In this document: positions 37,837-50,444 of the stretch, piece after piece
Position numbering within the stretch: the first letter of the stretch is position 1
How the letters are laid out: each line of letters opens with the position of its first letter
NCBI GenBank assembly: GCA_008632985.1
Contig: QPGO01000140.1
Span: 1-64,000, forward strand
Direction: 5' to 3'
From: Psammoneis japonica
Taxonomy: Eukaryota
Length of the DNA stretch: 64,000 bases
Position numbers and translations under genes: made by a program
Notes under the pieces: generated by a model
Seen by the model: only the letters and a program-made list of their open reading frames with translations
What the model was told of the DNA's origin: nothing
The model's database searches: none

Positions 37837-38976
37837 ATGTCGAGAATCTTGAGTCTGTTTCTGATCTCTCTGTCGGCTGCCAGTAGCGTGGATATTCAAC
37901 CCGACGCGTTGTATGCGAAACTCGTCAACAATGAGCTCGACTTGGTACTTGATGTTCGAACCCAAGCTGAGTGGGACTTGGGTCACATTGAAGGCGCAAC
38001 TTTTGCTGAATCGCTTCATAATCAAACAAAGCTCCCATCGATCATTGACGGGTGTCAAGGAGAGTGCCGCGAGATTGTCGTGTACTGTAATTCAGGCAAT
38101 CGTGCGAGTCTTGCCATTAAGAAACTGATGGACGAATTCGGATTCAAAGGGAATATTTCGAATGGATTCGGCGTGAAGCAGTGGACTGCAGCTGGATACA
38201 GCTTGATTAATGGGACATCGGTTGATCCTCCTTGCGCTGGGACCGACAATGTCTCTGGATGCAGCAAGAACCCGCCACCGCCACGCTTGAAAGTTTCGAA
38301 AGCAATACTCGATCCAGTGCCAGCCGTAGCTGGGAAGGGCGTTGCTGCCAAAGTTATTGTAAGGGAGAGTGGATCAGGTGGTAGCACTGCAACTTTCGAT
38401 TGGGGTGGTGGTGCCAAGCATACGGTATCAGTCAGACCAGAAGATTCCGGTGTGGCTGTCAGTCGGCACGTATACAGGAATCCTGGCATCTACAAGGTTC
38501 GCGTGAAGGTAAACGATAAAACCGGACGCATCAAGAGTTCACCCAGTAAATTGGTCTTTGTCGTTGCAAGCAATGGCGAAAAGGCTAGAATTATTGGGCA
38601 AGCGGGAGATATTTTTCTCAATGCCATGGTTAAGCATCGCGCGTCAGGCGGCTTTGACGGGTTTGTCAAAGCGAGAATCAAAGACAGATACCATCTACAT
38701 TTTCAGTCCACCGTCATTGAGCAACTGATGTTCTTTTCTGATTGGGTCTTTGCTACCGGCAGAGGCGTAACTCGAAAAGGATTAGAAGTTGGGTGGGACC
38801 TTGTTCTGTCGGATGGGGAGTTGAAGACAGGAAATATCAAGGATGTTGTCCGTCTTGTGATCTTCAAGGCTGGAACGCGTTCGGAAGTTCTCTACGATAG
38901 TCAACCGAGGACTGCTCGCTATTCAAGGCCAACCCGCGAATTAGCGTCAGGCTTCGTTAAACTGAAATATTCTTGA
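37837..38976 (+). CDS. Secreted rhodanese-domain + PKD-like domain protein, intronless
   Basis: Signal peptide; LDVRTQAEWDLGHIEGA, VVYCNSGNRA and GVKQW (rhodanese); FDWGGG...HVYRNPGIYKVRVKVND (PKD-like). Confidence 0.8.
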   Translation: MSRILSLFLISLSAASSVDIQPDALYAKLVNNELDLVLDVRTQAEWDLGHIEGATFAESLHNQTKLPSIIDGCQGECREIVVYCNSGNRASLAIKKLMDEFGFKGNISNGFGVKQWTAAGYSLINGTSVDPPCAGTDNVSGCSKNPPPPRLKVSKAILDPVPAVAGKGVAAKVIVRESGSGGSTATFDWGGGAKHTVSVRPEDSGVAVSRHVYRNPGIYKVRVKVNDKTGRIKSSPSKLVFVVASNGEKARIIGQAGDIFLNAMVKHRASGGFDGFVKARIKDRYHLHFQSTVIEQLMFFSDWVFATGRGVTRKGLEVGWDLVLSDGELKTGNIKDVVRLVIFKAGTRSEVLYDSQPRTARYSRPTRELASGFVKLKYS

Positions 38977-39625
38977 GAATGAGGACGTTTTCCGCCGGGC
39001 GGAGCTTTCCGGTTGCATGTCACTAGAGAAATCAATTATGCGCCTGAAAAGAAGATTGTGACATCTCTACTACCGGTACACATCTTTTGAGAGTAAATTA
39101 GATCTAGCTGATATTGATTCTTGCTCATGACATTCTCTTGATATCTTTGTGTAGCAAGCGCACAGTCTCAGATATTTATCTAATCCCTCTGAAGCAAGTG
39201 TTGGTGTATACTTCGAATGTGACCGATTGAACGTGCGATTCTCCAGTTAAATGTTCTTTTGTGGATGCTTGGGGCTGGAAACATTGGAGTGACGAGACGG
39301 CGAAGTTCAATTTGATGCTTCTCTCTGCTCGTTCGCGACGTGGGCACATTTCTCACGTCAATGCATGTGTGATGGATTTACAATGGAGAACATTTAACGA
39401 GGACAGATTGGAAAGTCCAGTAGATTAGCTATTGGTAGACCTGGCTGTAGTTCCCGCTCACAACTTGGTCGCATGATGATGCCGTTGCCCTACGGATGGG
39501 GCCTAACCTAGTCGCCCGCATGCTGCAAAAGAAGCCGTTCTCGATACTTGCCATGCATGTGGGCGCCTTGTATCAGACGACTCTTGAAAAAGAAATAGAT
39601 AAAGAAAAACATACTACGCGACGGA

Positions 39626-41164
39626 TCAGAAGCAAGCAGGGCGACCCCGACATTCTGCCTCTCTGTTCTTTTCGTTGTCCCGGAACTCTTCAAGCTTGGT
39701 CTCCCAAGAAGCTGTACGGTCAAAGAAAACCCCAAATGGCCGATAGTTGTGGTAAGGCACGGCGCCTCTCTTCCACCGACGTACAAATTTGTCATGAATA
39801 TTCCGCATTGACTTGAGCTCATTACCAGTGTAATTAAGAATGAGATTGTTCAATTCCAGTGGGTCCTTCCTTTTGCGATATAGTTCCTCAGATGGCTTCA
39901 AGCCATCTCCAGCCCAAGGCCAATGAATGTACTTGTTGAACTTTGTCACCACCCCGAGGCTGTGGACCTGCCCAGGACCCCACACATTTATCAGTGGTAG
40001 AGCTTTATGGGTGGTGTTTGATGGATTATCATATAGGGGCAACAAACTCTTCCCATCCATTCCTTTGGGATGTTTAACTCCAGCCAGGTCCATCAAGGTT
40101 GGAGCGAAATCGACGTTGCCCGTCAACGATTTGCACCTCAACTGCTTACCGCTGTTGTTGTGCCTGGGATCATACATTATCAGCGGTACTCGAGATGCTT
40201 CTTCATAGGGTAATACCTTCCCTCCAAATCCGTGCGAGCCTGAAAAGTAGCCATTATCCGAAGAAAAGATAATCACCGTATTGTTTGCCACTCCGTGCTT
40301 CTCGAGTGCGTCTCGTACCATACCTATCGCAACGTCCACCGCATAGACTTGCTGGTGGTACTTCGCCATGACGTTGTCATACCGAGTGTCATAACCCCAT
40401 TCGTCAAAAAACTGTAAATACTGCCTTCCCTGTCGAGCCTGCTCGGCAAAGTGCTCCCCTGCCTGGCGCCCAAAGTTGCCCGGCTTTGTGAATTTCTTTC
40501 CCTTATAGACTTCATCATCCAGTGGATCGGGATAGGGCGGTCGGTGGGGTGCCTTGAAGCTGATAGACAGACAAAAAGGCTTATTCACAGCCACAGCTTC
40601 CTCGACAAAATCGGCACCAAACGCCCCGTACGCACGCGTTGAGTGAGGGTATTTCTCAGCGTAGGCTTTCATTGATTCGTTCTCCTCCGTTAGATAACTT
40701 GTCTGCCCATCGCTTGCGCCCCACTTGTCAAAGTCATTTTCTGGAACATGGCCCCATTCGTCAGCTCTGTCTGCCACCTTGAACCCGATCTTTCCGGCCA
40801 TGGCGACAAAATAGCCCGCCCGACGCAGCAACACCGGATAGGACCGCTTCCAGTGCTTTCGCAGCAATGCCATGGTGCCATGCATGAAATTACAACCGGT
40901 ACGAAACTCAAACTTTCCTGTCATTATGTTTGCCCTACTGGCCATACAGATTGCCGTCGTGACGTAATGGTTATCAAAGACCATGCCGTCCCGTGCGAGA
41001 GCATCCATGTTGGGTGTTTGAACGTCATCATTTCCGTAGGCACCCACCGAAAATGTGGACTGGTCGTCGGTAAGGAAAAAGACAATGTTTGGGCGCTCGT
41101 CGGCATCAGCAATGACGATCAGGTGTGATAATACGAATAATACAGACGTGAGACGGAGCTTCAT
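39626..41164 (-). CDS. Secreted formylglycine-type (S1) sulfatase, intronless
   Basis: RPNIVFFLTDDQ, catalytic CxAxR (CMASRANIMTG), PH, SSDNG, GKVLPYEEASRVPLI and ELY..DPLELNNL. Confidence 0.92.
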   Translation of the reverse strand: MKLRLTSVLFVLSHLIVIADADERPNIVFFLTDDQSTFSVGAYGNDDVQTPNMDALARDGMVFDNHYVTTAICMASRANIMTGKFEFRTGCNFMHGTMALLRKHWKRSYPVLLRRAGYFVAMAGKIGFKVADRADEWGHVPENDFDKWGASDGQTSYLTEENESMKAYAEKYPHSTRAYGAFGADFVEEAVAVNKPFCLSISFKAPHRPPYPDPLDDEVYKGKKFTKPGNFGRQAGEHFAEQARQGRQYLQFFDEWGYDTRYDNVMAKYHQQVYAVDVAIGMVRDALEKHGVANNTVIIFSSDNGYFSGSHGFGGKVLPYEEASRVPLIMYDPRHNNSGKQLRCKSLTGNVDFAPTLMDLAGVKHPKGMDGKSLLPLYDNPSNTTHKALPLINVWGPGQVHSLGVVTKFNKYIHWPWAGDGLKPSEELYRKRKDPLELNNLILNYTGNELKSMRNIHDKFVRRWKRGAVPYHNYRPFGVFFDRTASWETKLEEFRDNEKNREAECRGRPACF

Positions 41165-41481
41165 CGCTTCGATGCACCGTGCATGGGCATATTTCCAATT
41201 TTGTGGAGTTTCTTATGAGAAACAAAATGCGCTTTTGATGACCCGTGGATGACCCGACGCATGACTTTTGGTCGTAGAGGCATATGAAAAGATAACTAAC
41301 AGCGTAGGGACCTGCCTAGAATAGGACCACAAGTTCAAGTTGATGACCGCACGTCGGAGGGAAATTCTGAATATATTTGTTATTCATTCATGAAGTTATC
41401 ATTTTCATCTCAACGGTCGCGCTGCTGACACCATTTTACCATTTTCCGCATTCGAGTTCAACCCAGGAGAAGAAGTCGACC

Positions 41482-42633
41482 ATGGCAACGACTGAAGGTG
41501 ACAAGGCACAGAATAACTATGTCGACCTTATTGGCAGCCAGCGTCTTATTGCTGACATGCGTCAATACGGCGGGTTAGTTCTTGCGCTAGGAATTTGCGC
41601 AATGTTTGGTGCGTTGGCTGGCGTGGCGAGTGGAGTGGGTCGCGATGGTGGCAATCCTACGAGCGGAGTTCCATTGTGGTCTCTGATTGGAGCTGTTTGT
41701 CAGTCGTTCTTTGGAGCTGTCGCAATTCTGGTTGGCTACTTAGCTGTAGTAGGAGATACTGGTCACAGGCGCTTGACATTTTTTCTCTGCGGGGCCATTC
41801 AACTTTCCTGGATTCCTTACGTCACCGGCATGACAGCGATTGGAAAACAAGCTGCGAATCCTGAGACCCAGAAATTCATTCCAGATTACCTGGATCCCAC
41901 CAATAGCGAAATACGGTTCGTTGGTGCAATGGGCATATTAACGGTCCTTGTCCATGGCTTCGCTTTTATTGGGTCCCTGGCTTTTGTATCGTTTGGCCTC
42001 CTTGCCTACCAGACTGACAGGCACCATGAAAGGTCAGCTGGATACTTTCGCAGTAGGCTCATCGCATACAGTTTAGCTGTCTTTGTGGCAGGCTGTACTC
42101 AGCTTTCTCTTGGAGCCTTTATTCTTGAAAAGTACGGCAGTGGCGCTCTTGATGAAGCGATCAATGTTGCTGTTTACACAATATTCTTCCCTGAAATCTC
42201 GGTTGCTGTGGGATTCATTCAGCTACTGACAGGAGGAATGGGCATAGTAAGGTACTTTGGGAGCGAATATAGCTCATCAGATTGGACTTATCAGGGATTG
42301 TGTTTCTTCATGTGGCTCATGATGATGATTCTCCAACTCATGGTGCAAGTTTCCTTCGCACCTGGCGGTCAATATGCAGCCGCGGCACCATCACGCGCTT
42401 GTGTATTCTTGGGGTTTTCACTTATGCCTGCCTATCTTGACTACAAAATGCGCAACACTCCGATCGTTTTCGAACCAAGTTATTATGGTAATTTTACTGA
42501 ACATGCCCCGATTGCGGACTCAGATAAAGCAGAAAGAGGATACGAGGCTCAGGCTGCAGAGGATATTGATAGAGAGACGGGAGAAGGTGAAGCTACGCGG
42601 GTGAAGCACGAAACCTTCGTGGATACAACATAA
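41482..42633 (+). CDS. Polytopic membrane protein of unknown function
   Basis: Intact ORF from ATG 41482 with about 7-8 hydrophobic segments; paralog of the pseudogene at 8465-9090. Confidence 0.85.
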   Translation: MATTEGDKAQNNYVDLIGSQRLIADMRQYGGLVLALGICAMFGALAGVASGVGRDGGNPTSGVPLWSLIGAVCQSFFGAVAILVGYLAVVGDTGHRRLTFFLCGAIQLSWIPYVTGMTAIGKQAANPETQKFIPDYLDPTNSEIRFVGAMGILTVLVHGFAFIGSLAFVSFGLLAYQTDRHHERSAGYFRSRLIAYSLAVFVAGCTQLSLGAFILEKYGSGALDEAINVAVYTIFFPEISVAVGFIQLLTGGMGIVRYFGSEYSSSDWTYQGLCFFMWLMMMILQLMVQVSFAPGGQYAAAAPSRACVFLGFSLMPAYLDYKMRNTPIVFEPSYYGNFTEHAPIADSDKAERGYEAQAAEDIDRETGEGEATRVKHETFVDTT

Positions 42634-42832
42634 GGTCCTCTTCAACAAGTACATGTCAAAATGTAGCATCATGAACGTAAATTAATTTAAGTCCCATTTC
42701 TTTCGTGAAGCGATTCTTCCTCATTCCGGACAAACACATGATGTGAGTAGTGAGCACGGTATGTCTTTTCGCGGACACCAGACTTCATGTATACGATGAC
42801 ACTCCAACACTGCAATTCTGAAGACAAAAAAG

Positions 42833-45800
42833 TCAAGGTTTCGGCTTGAATTTTTCATAACCCAATTCGCAAAGCTTCAATATCTCCGCGACTGTCGAAT
42901 TGCTCTTGATGTCTGCGACTGGGCTGCTGCTCCAGCGAGTCCAAGCTGAAGCATTGGAAGAGTGAAACTTGGACAAGAGTTCCACAACTTTTGCGCCTGA
43001 CCTTGTTGACTTGCTCTCCTCCCCGGAAAGATATCGAAGATATGAAAGGCGAAGGCATACATTCAGAAGATCTGGCAAGCCCATTGCAAGCCCGCAGGTG
43101 AACAGAACCTGCGGTGGAACCATAAGCACAATCTCAAGTACAGCTACCCAAAGAGGTTCGCTGAAGCTACAGCCCCAATGAAAGACGGTCACCTTCACGG
43201 CTTTTTTGTTGAATATTGCAACTGCCTGCGTATCCAGATGACCTGTTTGAACATGACCTCGTCTATCTAAGGCAGGACTACCTGGTTGGCCATTGCTGAA
43301 TTCTCCGCCATCTTGATTAAGAATTTCGACCAGCCTTGCCAACTTCCGTAGCAGCAACAATGGGTAATCTTTAGCCATTTCACTGAGAGCCTGGATGATT
43401 CTGTTGGTCGGGTTTGCTCTTAGAGACGCAATCATGTCCTCCACTTGTTCATCAAACGGCGATCGCCATCGTAGCCAAACTTGCGCCAGAGAATCAGCTG
43501 CTTCCACAAGCAAAGAGCGCAAAGCGGAGTTCCTCAACTCCATCGAGCCAGGAAAGTACGCATACAGACGCAGAACCGCAGAACATAGGAAGCGACGAAC
43601 GCGTTTATCTTCTTGCGAACTGAGCTGGACAATAACATCCGTTACACATTTCATTTGTTTTTTCCCTTGGTTGGAAAGTAATAGAAGAAGGAGAAGCCAA
43701 TCAGGGATGCTGTCTCTTGAATTCACGCAAACCACATCATTGCCCTCATCGTTTGACTGCTTTACGCATTCGAGGGCAAGCACAGTTCCCTCCGTAGTTT
43801 CCCTGTCGGTAAAAGGAACCCCCGTTGGTCGAGGGACACTTGCAAGCGCACGACGGTGCACTGAGAGTTGCGGTAATGTAAGCACGAGAAATTTGGTCAT
43901 TCGATGCGGAGAGAGAGACTGGCGCATTTCTTCGTGGCTTAGAATCCATTTCCTGCATGATAATGTATGGTCTTCACACCAAGTCGATGCGCATCTGACG
44001 AGCAATAGCGACCAAACCTCGTTGAAGGATTCGGATGAAGGCATAAACAACGAGGTCCAAAGAGACTGAGACCCACGAAGCCGCGATAAGAGCGGCACCC
44101 ACTTTGTTACGAATGCTGTCATTGGTTCATGTTTCTCTACTGTTTTTGAGAGTGTTTCGAGTATGAGGACGGACAATCCAGTCAAATCGTCTCGACTTGT
44201 CGCCATCAGCCCCCCAGAAGTCGCAGCTGCATTCATTTTGGAAGTCATTCCGTCGTTGTATATCTCTTCGAGCCATTCTTCGAGCGACTCGAAGTGGCTG
44301 TGACGAAAACATGTTGAGACGAAAACCTTGACTGATTCCTCGTCAGAGCCGGCTTTGGGGCACGTGATCTCGCAGACGGCGGTGCTACCGACAAGGGAGG
44401 CATCCTTGTCGTCAGTTTCTGGCTTCATTCCTTCGCCCCTGACTGCTCTCAGTTCGCCAGAAATATCGGGCAAAATTTGCCTTAACTTGATCAAATTGGA
44501 AAAGTAGCCAACATTTTGAGGACCTTCTCGGCGATTTCTCTTCGTTTGCGGTTTCCGCCCCATGTCAGGACCACGGCACTCTTCGTTTAACCAACGCAGA
44601 AAAATACTGGTAGAACAAGTCTCACTCTCGATATGCTTAGCCCGAAGGTACGCAGCGAGCCTTCCACGAAGCTTACGGGCGATCTCACGCTTGCCTCCGA
44701 CGAAACTGACTCCCCATTCAGCTGTGACAGAAGGCATCAGAAGCTGATCAAAATGTTTGTTTGGGTCGGCAGCCTGAAGTCCGAGCTTTTCCACTCGGTC
44801 GAACATTGTAGACAAAGAAGCACGAGGCAGACCGGAGCACAGGAGCAAACGAGGGAGAATCGCGTTAGGTGCGGACAAGGCGGCGCGGCGTGCAATATAG
44901 TCGCTGCGAGACTTCGCCAGCATAACCCACTGTGCAAAGAAAACAAAACTGAGTGAAATGTTGTGTCGAACATTGTGTCCACAGATGATGTGTTATGACA
45001 AAACCTACCATGTCGACTGTGACTGCCTTCCGACCGCTAGAAAGATAAGTAGCGCCCTGAAGACCAGCCAGAGTATCCGGACTTGTTTCGGGGCAGTTAC
45101 AACAAAGAAAAAGAGAGGCCATGTCCCGTATTGCGCTCCTCGTATCGCGTTGCGACGGGTCGCTATCGTCTTTATCCCTCCAATTGCTTAGTAGCACACA
45201 AGCTGCGTGAATCAAAGTAAACGGAAGCGCAACAGATTTCTTTTCATCTTCGGCGAGGGTTCCCTCCGTGGCACATAAAATAACTTGGACTGCTGACTTT
45301 GCACCCCCCTGATGTGAGAGCTTCTCATCTGAGAGCCCTCCAAGGTACTCGTGCAACTCTTTCTGGATAGTCGCCACCGTAAGCACACGTAGGTCTGTGT
45401 AACGATCCATAGATTCCGAGTAGACATTGTGGCGGCTAGAGACTAGTGTGTAAACAATGGATGCGAAATCCCAATGGCCGCTGATATCGTGTTCTTCTGC
45501 ATAAGTTATATATCTGTTTACCGCAAGAACAAAAGCTTTAAGGACCCTGCCGCGTTCAAAGGCAAGCGCACGAGACTTTGTATGGCAACGGCGAAAGGTT
45601 AGCAAGGATAGCAGGGTCAAGGGAAAACATAGAAACAAACCACTCACAATGTACTGTATGCAAACAGATACAAGAGCCGAGGCGTGCTGCAGGCTGATAA
45701 CGCTAAAAAGCCACGAATGGCCATCCGAGTTTGACTGCTCGTCGGTGACGGGCTTATGAATAGCACTCAGGGCTTCTTCGAGAACTCTACGGGCGCAGCG

Positions 45801-48800
45801 ACGTCGATCGGGGTGTTGATCGGCTACGTCAGCAAGAAGAAGATCGGCTGCACGAACCGCATCCTGTTCACCAAACTTTCCCATTAAGGATTCCCTCACA
45901 TGAACCAACAATGGAGAAGAGAGCTCACGCAAATCAGACCTCCCGCCTTCTTCCATCCCGTAAGCCTGAAGGAGTAAAAAGCAAGAAGCGCTTGATGGTA
46001 GACGATTGATAATTTCGGGATGAGATGAAGTGACAGGAATAAGCCAATCATATGCGCGTTCAATCGACTGGCGACCAGACTTGCCAATTGATAAAAGGAC
46101 AAAGTCTGGGTCAACGCTTTGCTGAAAGACATCGGCGAGACCAAAAGATTCTTCAACCGCATGTATGAGCGCCACAGATTCTGGCGGCGGTTTGCGAGCA
46201 GCGCATTTAGGATCCCACAGCATTATTGACTTGAGAGCAGCTCGAAATTCCTTCTTCCTCCTGTTCGCTTCTGAAACGCGGTAAAGTCAAGTATAACAAT
46301 GAGAAGAGGACATAACACAAGGAGATTCAATTACAGGACGAGGGGACGTACCTGCGATAGCTTCAGCTTCCTCTTTCTCTCGTTTAAGTCTGAGGATTCG
46401 TTCCTGCTTTGCTCTTTGCCTAGCAGAAGTCCGCGACCCACGACTGCTTGACGCCACGGGGGTATCTTTGCGGTCCAACTTCTTCGTTTCCACAGTTTTC
46501 TTTTTTAGGAAAAGTAATTCTGCTACGTTAGACTCCTTCACACGAAAATGCAAAAAAAAAAAACGGGGTTGAGTCAATAGAAATAGATAGCATGACAGCA
46601 GTATCGACAGCAATCCTCACCATGTTTCTCAGATCGGCCTCAGACTTCTTCATCCCTCTCGCGAGACATCATCGCAATCCACTGTCGGAAACCTGTACCT
46701 GTTCGAGGTGACCATTTTTATGAGAGCCTTCAGCGTGGGATGTGCCAGCGACATTGCTGCGCCAATTCTGTCCGGTGATACCCCGCACATGATCAATGCA
46801 AGAGATGTAGCACGCCACCACATGCCTGGATACGCAAGGCTGGCCCATAACAATGTGAAAGAATTAGCAATCAGCACGTCCGACGGTAGTGAGCACGTCG
46901 TGAGAATAACTTACCGTGGAATGTTAGTCTCTTTTGAGTCTGAGGTTCTCAATCCGTCGTCCCCGTTTTCAATAGTTGGAGCTGCGCCTAAAACACCTGA
47001 AATCAGCTTCTGATATGCGTTGATGTCAGTAGCAGGCTTTGAGGCCGGCGGGAGAGTTGGTTTGTACTGTGTCAGCTCGTACAAGTCCCAAACAAGCTGA
47101 GGGTCTGACAGCCGTAATGCTGCAGCACGACCCTTTCTACAACAGTGAAAAAGGTGCTCAAGAAGAGTCAATGCAATTTCAGGATCAAGTCCAGACGAAA
47201 CAGATCGCAATACAATAGACATCATTTCATTGTCGAGGTCAGCTCCGTACTCGTGACAAAGTTTATTACGATTGCGTTCCTCAGAAAAGCTTGCTTCAAG
47301 TGCAGAGTCTGAAGACCCATCAGCTGGGTGCTGAAACGAGTAAAGCAAGGGTGAATCTGGTTCCTCCATAAACAGCACGCATCGCATTGTATCGATGCAC
47401 GGCTGTGAACCAAAGGACATGTTGCATTCGCCATCAAGAATGCTGGAGTAGTTTGGAACTCCTGCACCCACTGGGACGGTTGTTTCCGAGGTTGAGCGTT
47501 TCGTTTCACGCGAACGTTCTCGTTCATTCGACTGTGTTCCATATTCCTTTTGGTAGAAAGCGCATAGTCAGCACAGCACCAAGAGAGCATAAGCTTTCTG
47601 GCAGTTGCAAGTTTCTTTCGGAGCTGCAATATAGCATCGTCCGACAGATTTCTGTCAGCGATACGTGCAGCTGCCGATCTTTGTCCGGTAGACTGATGAG
47701 GACGGGAGTCACCAGTCAGCTCCGTCGCGAGGAGTGTGACGCACTCGAACATTATTCGTCCTTTGTCCTCTTCGTCGTTCACTGACCATGATTCAACATC
47801 AACGTCAAAAGATAACAACGACTCAATTGTCTGACAGCAATCAAACTGAGACGCCCCCAGCGCGGAGACCAGTCTTCGAAGCAGCTGTCTTATCTTGTCA
47901 ACAACCCGACGGCGCTCCTGCAATGGCATGACTCTCTATCTTTTGCCGTTTCATGTTCAATGGGATGCGCCAATATTGTGAGCAAAGCCGCCGCAATAGC
48001 GTCAGAAGCGACACTTGGAGATGTTACCGATCTGATCGCCTTAATCATACGAAGCTGGTCAGACATCGCTGACGGCATTACTTGGTCCTTGATACTATTG
48101 TCCATGTCTTCGAGTTCACTTCGGAACAATCTGAGGAAAAGCTTACGGGATATAGTCACCGTTGGTATGTTCCGTGCAATGGCCATCACGTTCTCCACGT
48201 GTGCGTTTAATTGGTTTGCTTTCAGTCGCATTCGCAATATTGAGTCAATTGCCTCGACGTCTGCAGAAAGTGGCGGCTCTATGTTACGCATATGGCTCAC
48301 GGTAGCGCCAAAGAGAGTGCGTGCGGGGCCTGAAAGTGCTGGAGACTGTAACCAGCGCTCTAAATGCCGTGCCGATAGACGACGTACTTCAGGAATAGCG
48401 ACAAATTGCGGCAGACACGAGAGTAGACGGGAGTTCTGTTTCGATTTCTTGTCTAATCGATTGGATAAGGCGTCGGAAATCCGGGATTGCGCTTGGCGCA
48501 AGTTTTCACCAAAGTATCTCGGTCGAACTCGCTCACGTTTCAGGAATGGCTGTTTGATCGGATAAGAATGCTTTGGCGGTGCGTGAGAAGCACTCGAAAC
48601 ATTTGCAACGTTAGGGTTTGAGCCCGGGGTTTCGCCATCAATAAATGATCCGGCCATCGCAACGACCTCCATTTCAGATCCACCAGAGCTTGATGAGTCA
48701 TCTTGACCGGCGTTAGGCTTTGAAGGATCACCGACAGTGACACTTCCGGCAGAAATCTCAAGGAAGCCCTCGTCCTCGTCCCCAGAATCAGAGTCTGAAG

Positions 48801-49950
48801 AGACGGCCTCAGCACTCGCTACGTCATGTGACTCGATAGTTACGGTCCTTGTTTCTGGTGATGTCTCTAGAAGTGATCCGTTCGTAGAAATCTGGTCATC
48901 CTCAAAAGAGCCAGAGCGCATTGGTCTGGATTTTGTTGCACTTAAAAATTTGAAACCTTCGTAAAAGGACGAGACTTTGTTCGCGTCCTCGAGTAGATCA
49001 GAGGAACAGTCATCGTTTGGCTGACTTTTTCCGATAGACGAGTGAGCCAATGACAAATTGTCAACGAGCAGAGCGCAGTTGGCGTCGTCAACCCATAGTC
49101 GTGGACCGAAACAGTCCTCTGCGTAAACTTGAACAAGTGATGCAGGCCAATGGTCGAGGTGCTCAAAGGCGATGTAAAGTATGGTGGCCGCAATCACACG
49201 TACATTTAGATCAACATCACGCACTCGTTTCTCGCTGCCATCTGGATGAGCAAATGTATTGTTAACTTTCTTTTTCATATTGGGAACAGGCGAGTGATGT
49301 AGCTTCAGTGACTTGTGAGGGTGAGAGTCAGCGTCGCTGCCCGAAAAGCTTAATGTGCGCTTACGGCTCATTTGTTGCGCTGATGAATTGGGATCATGGA
49401 CTGCTTGATACGTTCGATCATGCGAAGTATGCTCTACCAGAGTCAATGCAGAGCCATCTTGCTCTGGTGGGACTCGCAAGCACGCAAGCAGCGCTTGGAA
49501 GAGATCTGGATCTTGTATAACTGCAGATATAGCCGGAAGCCTGTCTAGTGATGGGCACGGTATCTTGTCATTGTCTTCGTTCCTGCGAAACAATCAACGG
49601 CAGGGGAAAATAATCACAAGTTAGCTACCAACATTCGGTTCTGCGTTTTATTTTGTGAACAAAATGCTCCGTGATCCTTGATCCTTCTGAATGAAAAATG
49701 TTATCCAGCGCTGTATACAATATAAATCTCACGTAGGATTCTACGTGAACAAGTACGACTGATGCAAGCTCACCGGGTTGGATGCAGCGTCGATTGGTCG
49801 GCCTTCAAATGGCACAAAAAACCAATCACCGCCAGGTAAAGTCGAGAGTTTTGTTTTACGGAGTTTGTTTGGGATGCATGTAATGGCAGTGTTTTCAAGG
49901 ATTGGATGCAGATATCCAGCGGTGGCGGTTCGACGACGGGAACCATCGTG
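42833..49950 (-). CDS. INTS1: Integrator complex subunit 1-like, multi-exon (5' end uncertain)
   Basis: WPASLVQVYAEDCFGPRLWVDDANCALLVDNL, LERWLQSPAL, HPTLKALIKMVTSNRYRFP and WDPKCAARKPP resemble conserved INTS1 blocks as I recall them. Collinear ORFs 47890-49593, 47222-47929, 46911-47471, 46650-46877, 46287-46613, 44865-46223 and 42833-44923; apparent indels near 47930 and 47470. Confidence 0.75.
49729..49748. promoter_or_regulatory. Palindromic motif TCACGTAG-GATT-CTACGTGA
   Basis: Perfect 8-bp inverted repeat with a 4-bp spacer; two more overlapping copies of the core at 50003-50027. Confidence 0.5.
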
Positions 49951-50444
49951 CCTTCGATTCAGCGCCTTCTGCGCATCTGAAGTACATGGGAGGCAAGTTG
50001 CCCGTAGAATCCTACGTAGGTTTCTACTGACTCGGGACGTCACACACTGATTGCATGAGCAATCCGACAATGAAACGATTAGCAAGGAAGAGGCACTCAT
50101 CCCTCATACCAACGCCAATGACTTTCGCTGACGGCCTTAGCTCGTATTCAAGTCACCTCGTGTAAAAGATTGAGAGCTCTTCCGTCGAAAATCGAGTGAA
50201 AACTGAGGATTTCGTACTTGCTGCGGCATGCAAGGAAGTGATGTGCGGGTTTGACATCATAATATTATCTGTGCGGTATGATTATGTGCAGCTACATCTG
50301 ATTACTGGTAAATACTATTTGCTCTGGCAATGCCATCCTCCAATACAGTTTTGTGCATTATGTTAAAATTAAAAGAGATATCGCTAGCGCATGCGAGGCT
50401 CTGAAACAAGAAAGAATCTTGATCCTTGTGGAAAACTGTATCTT

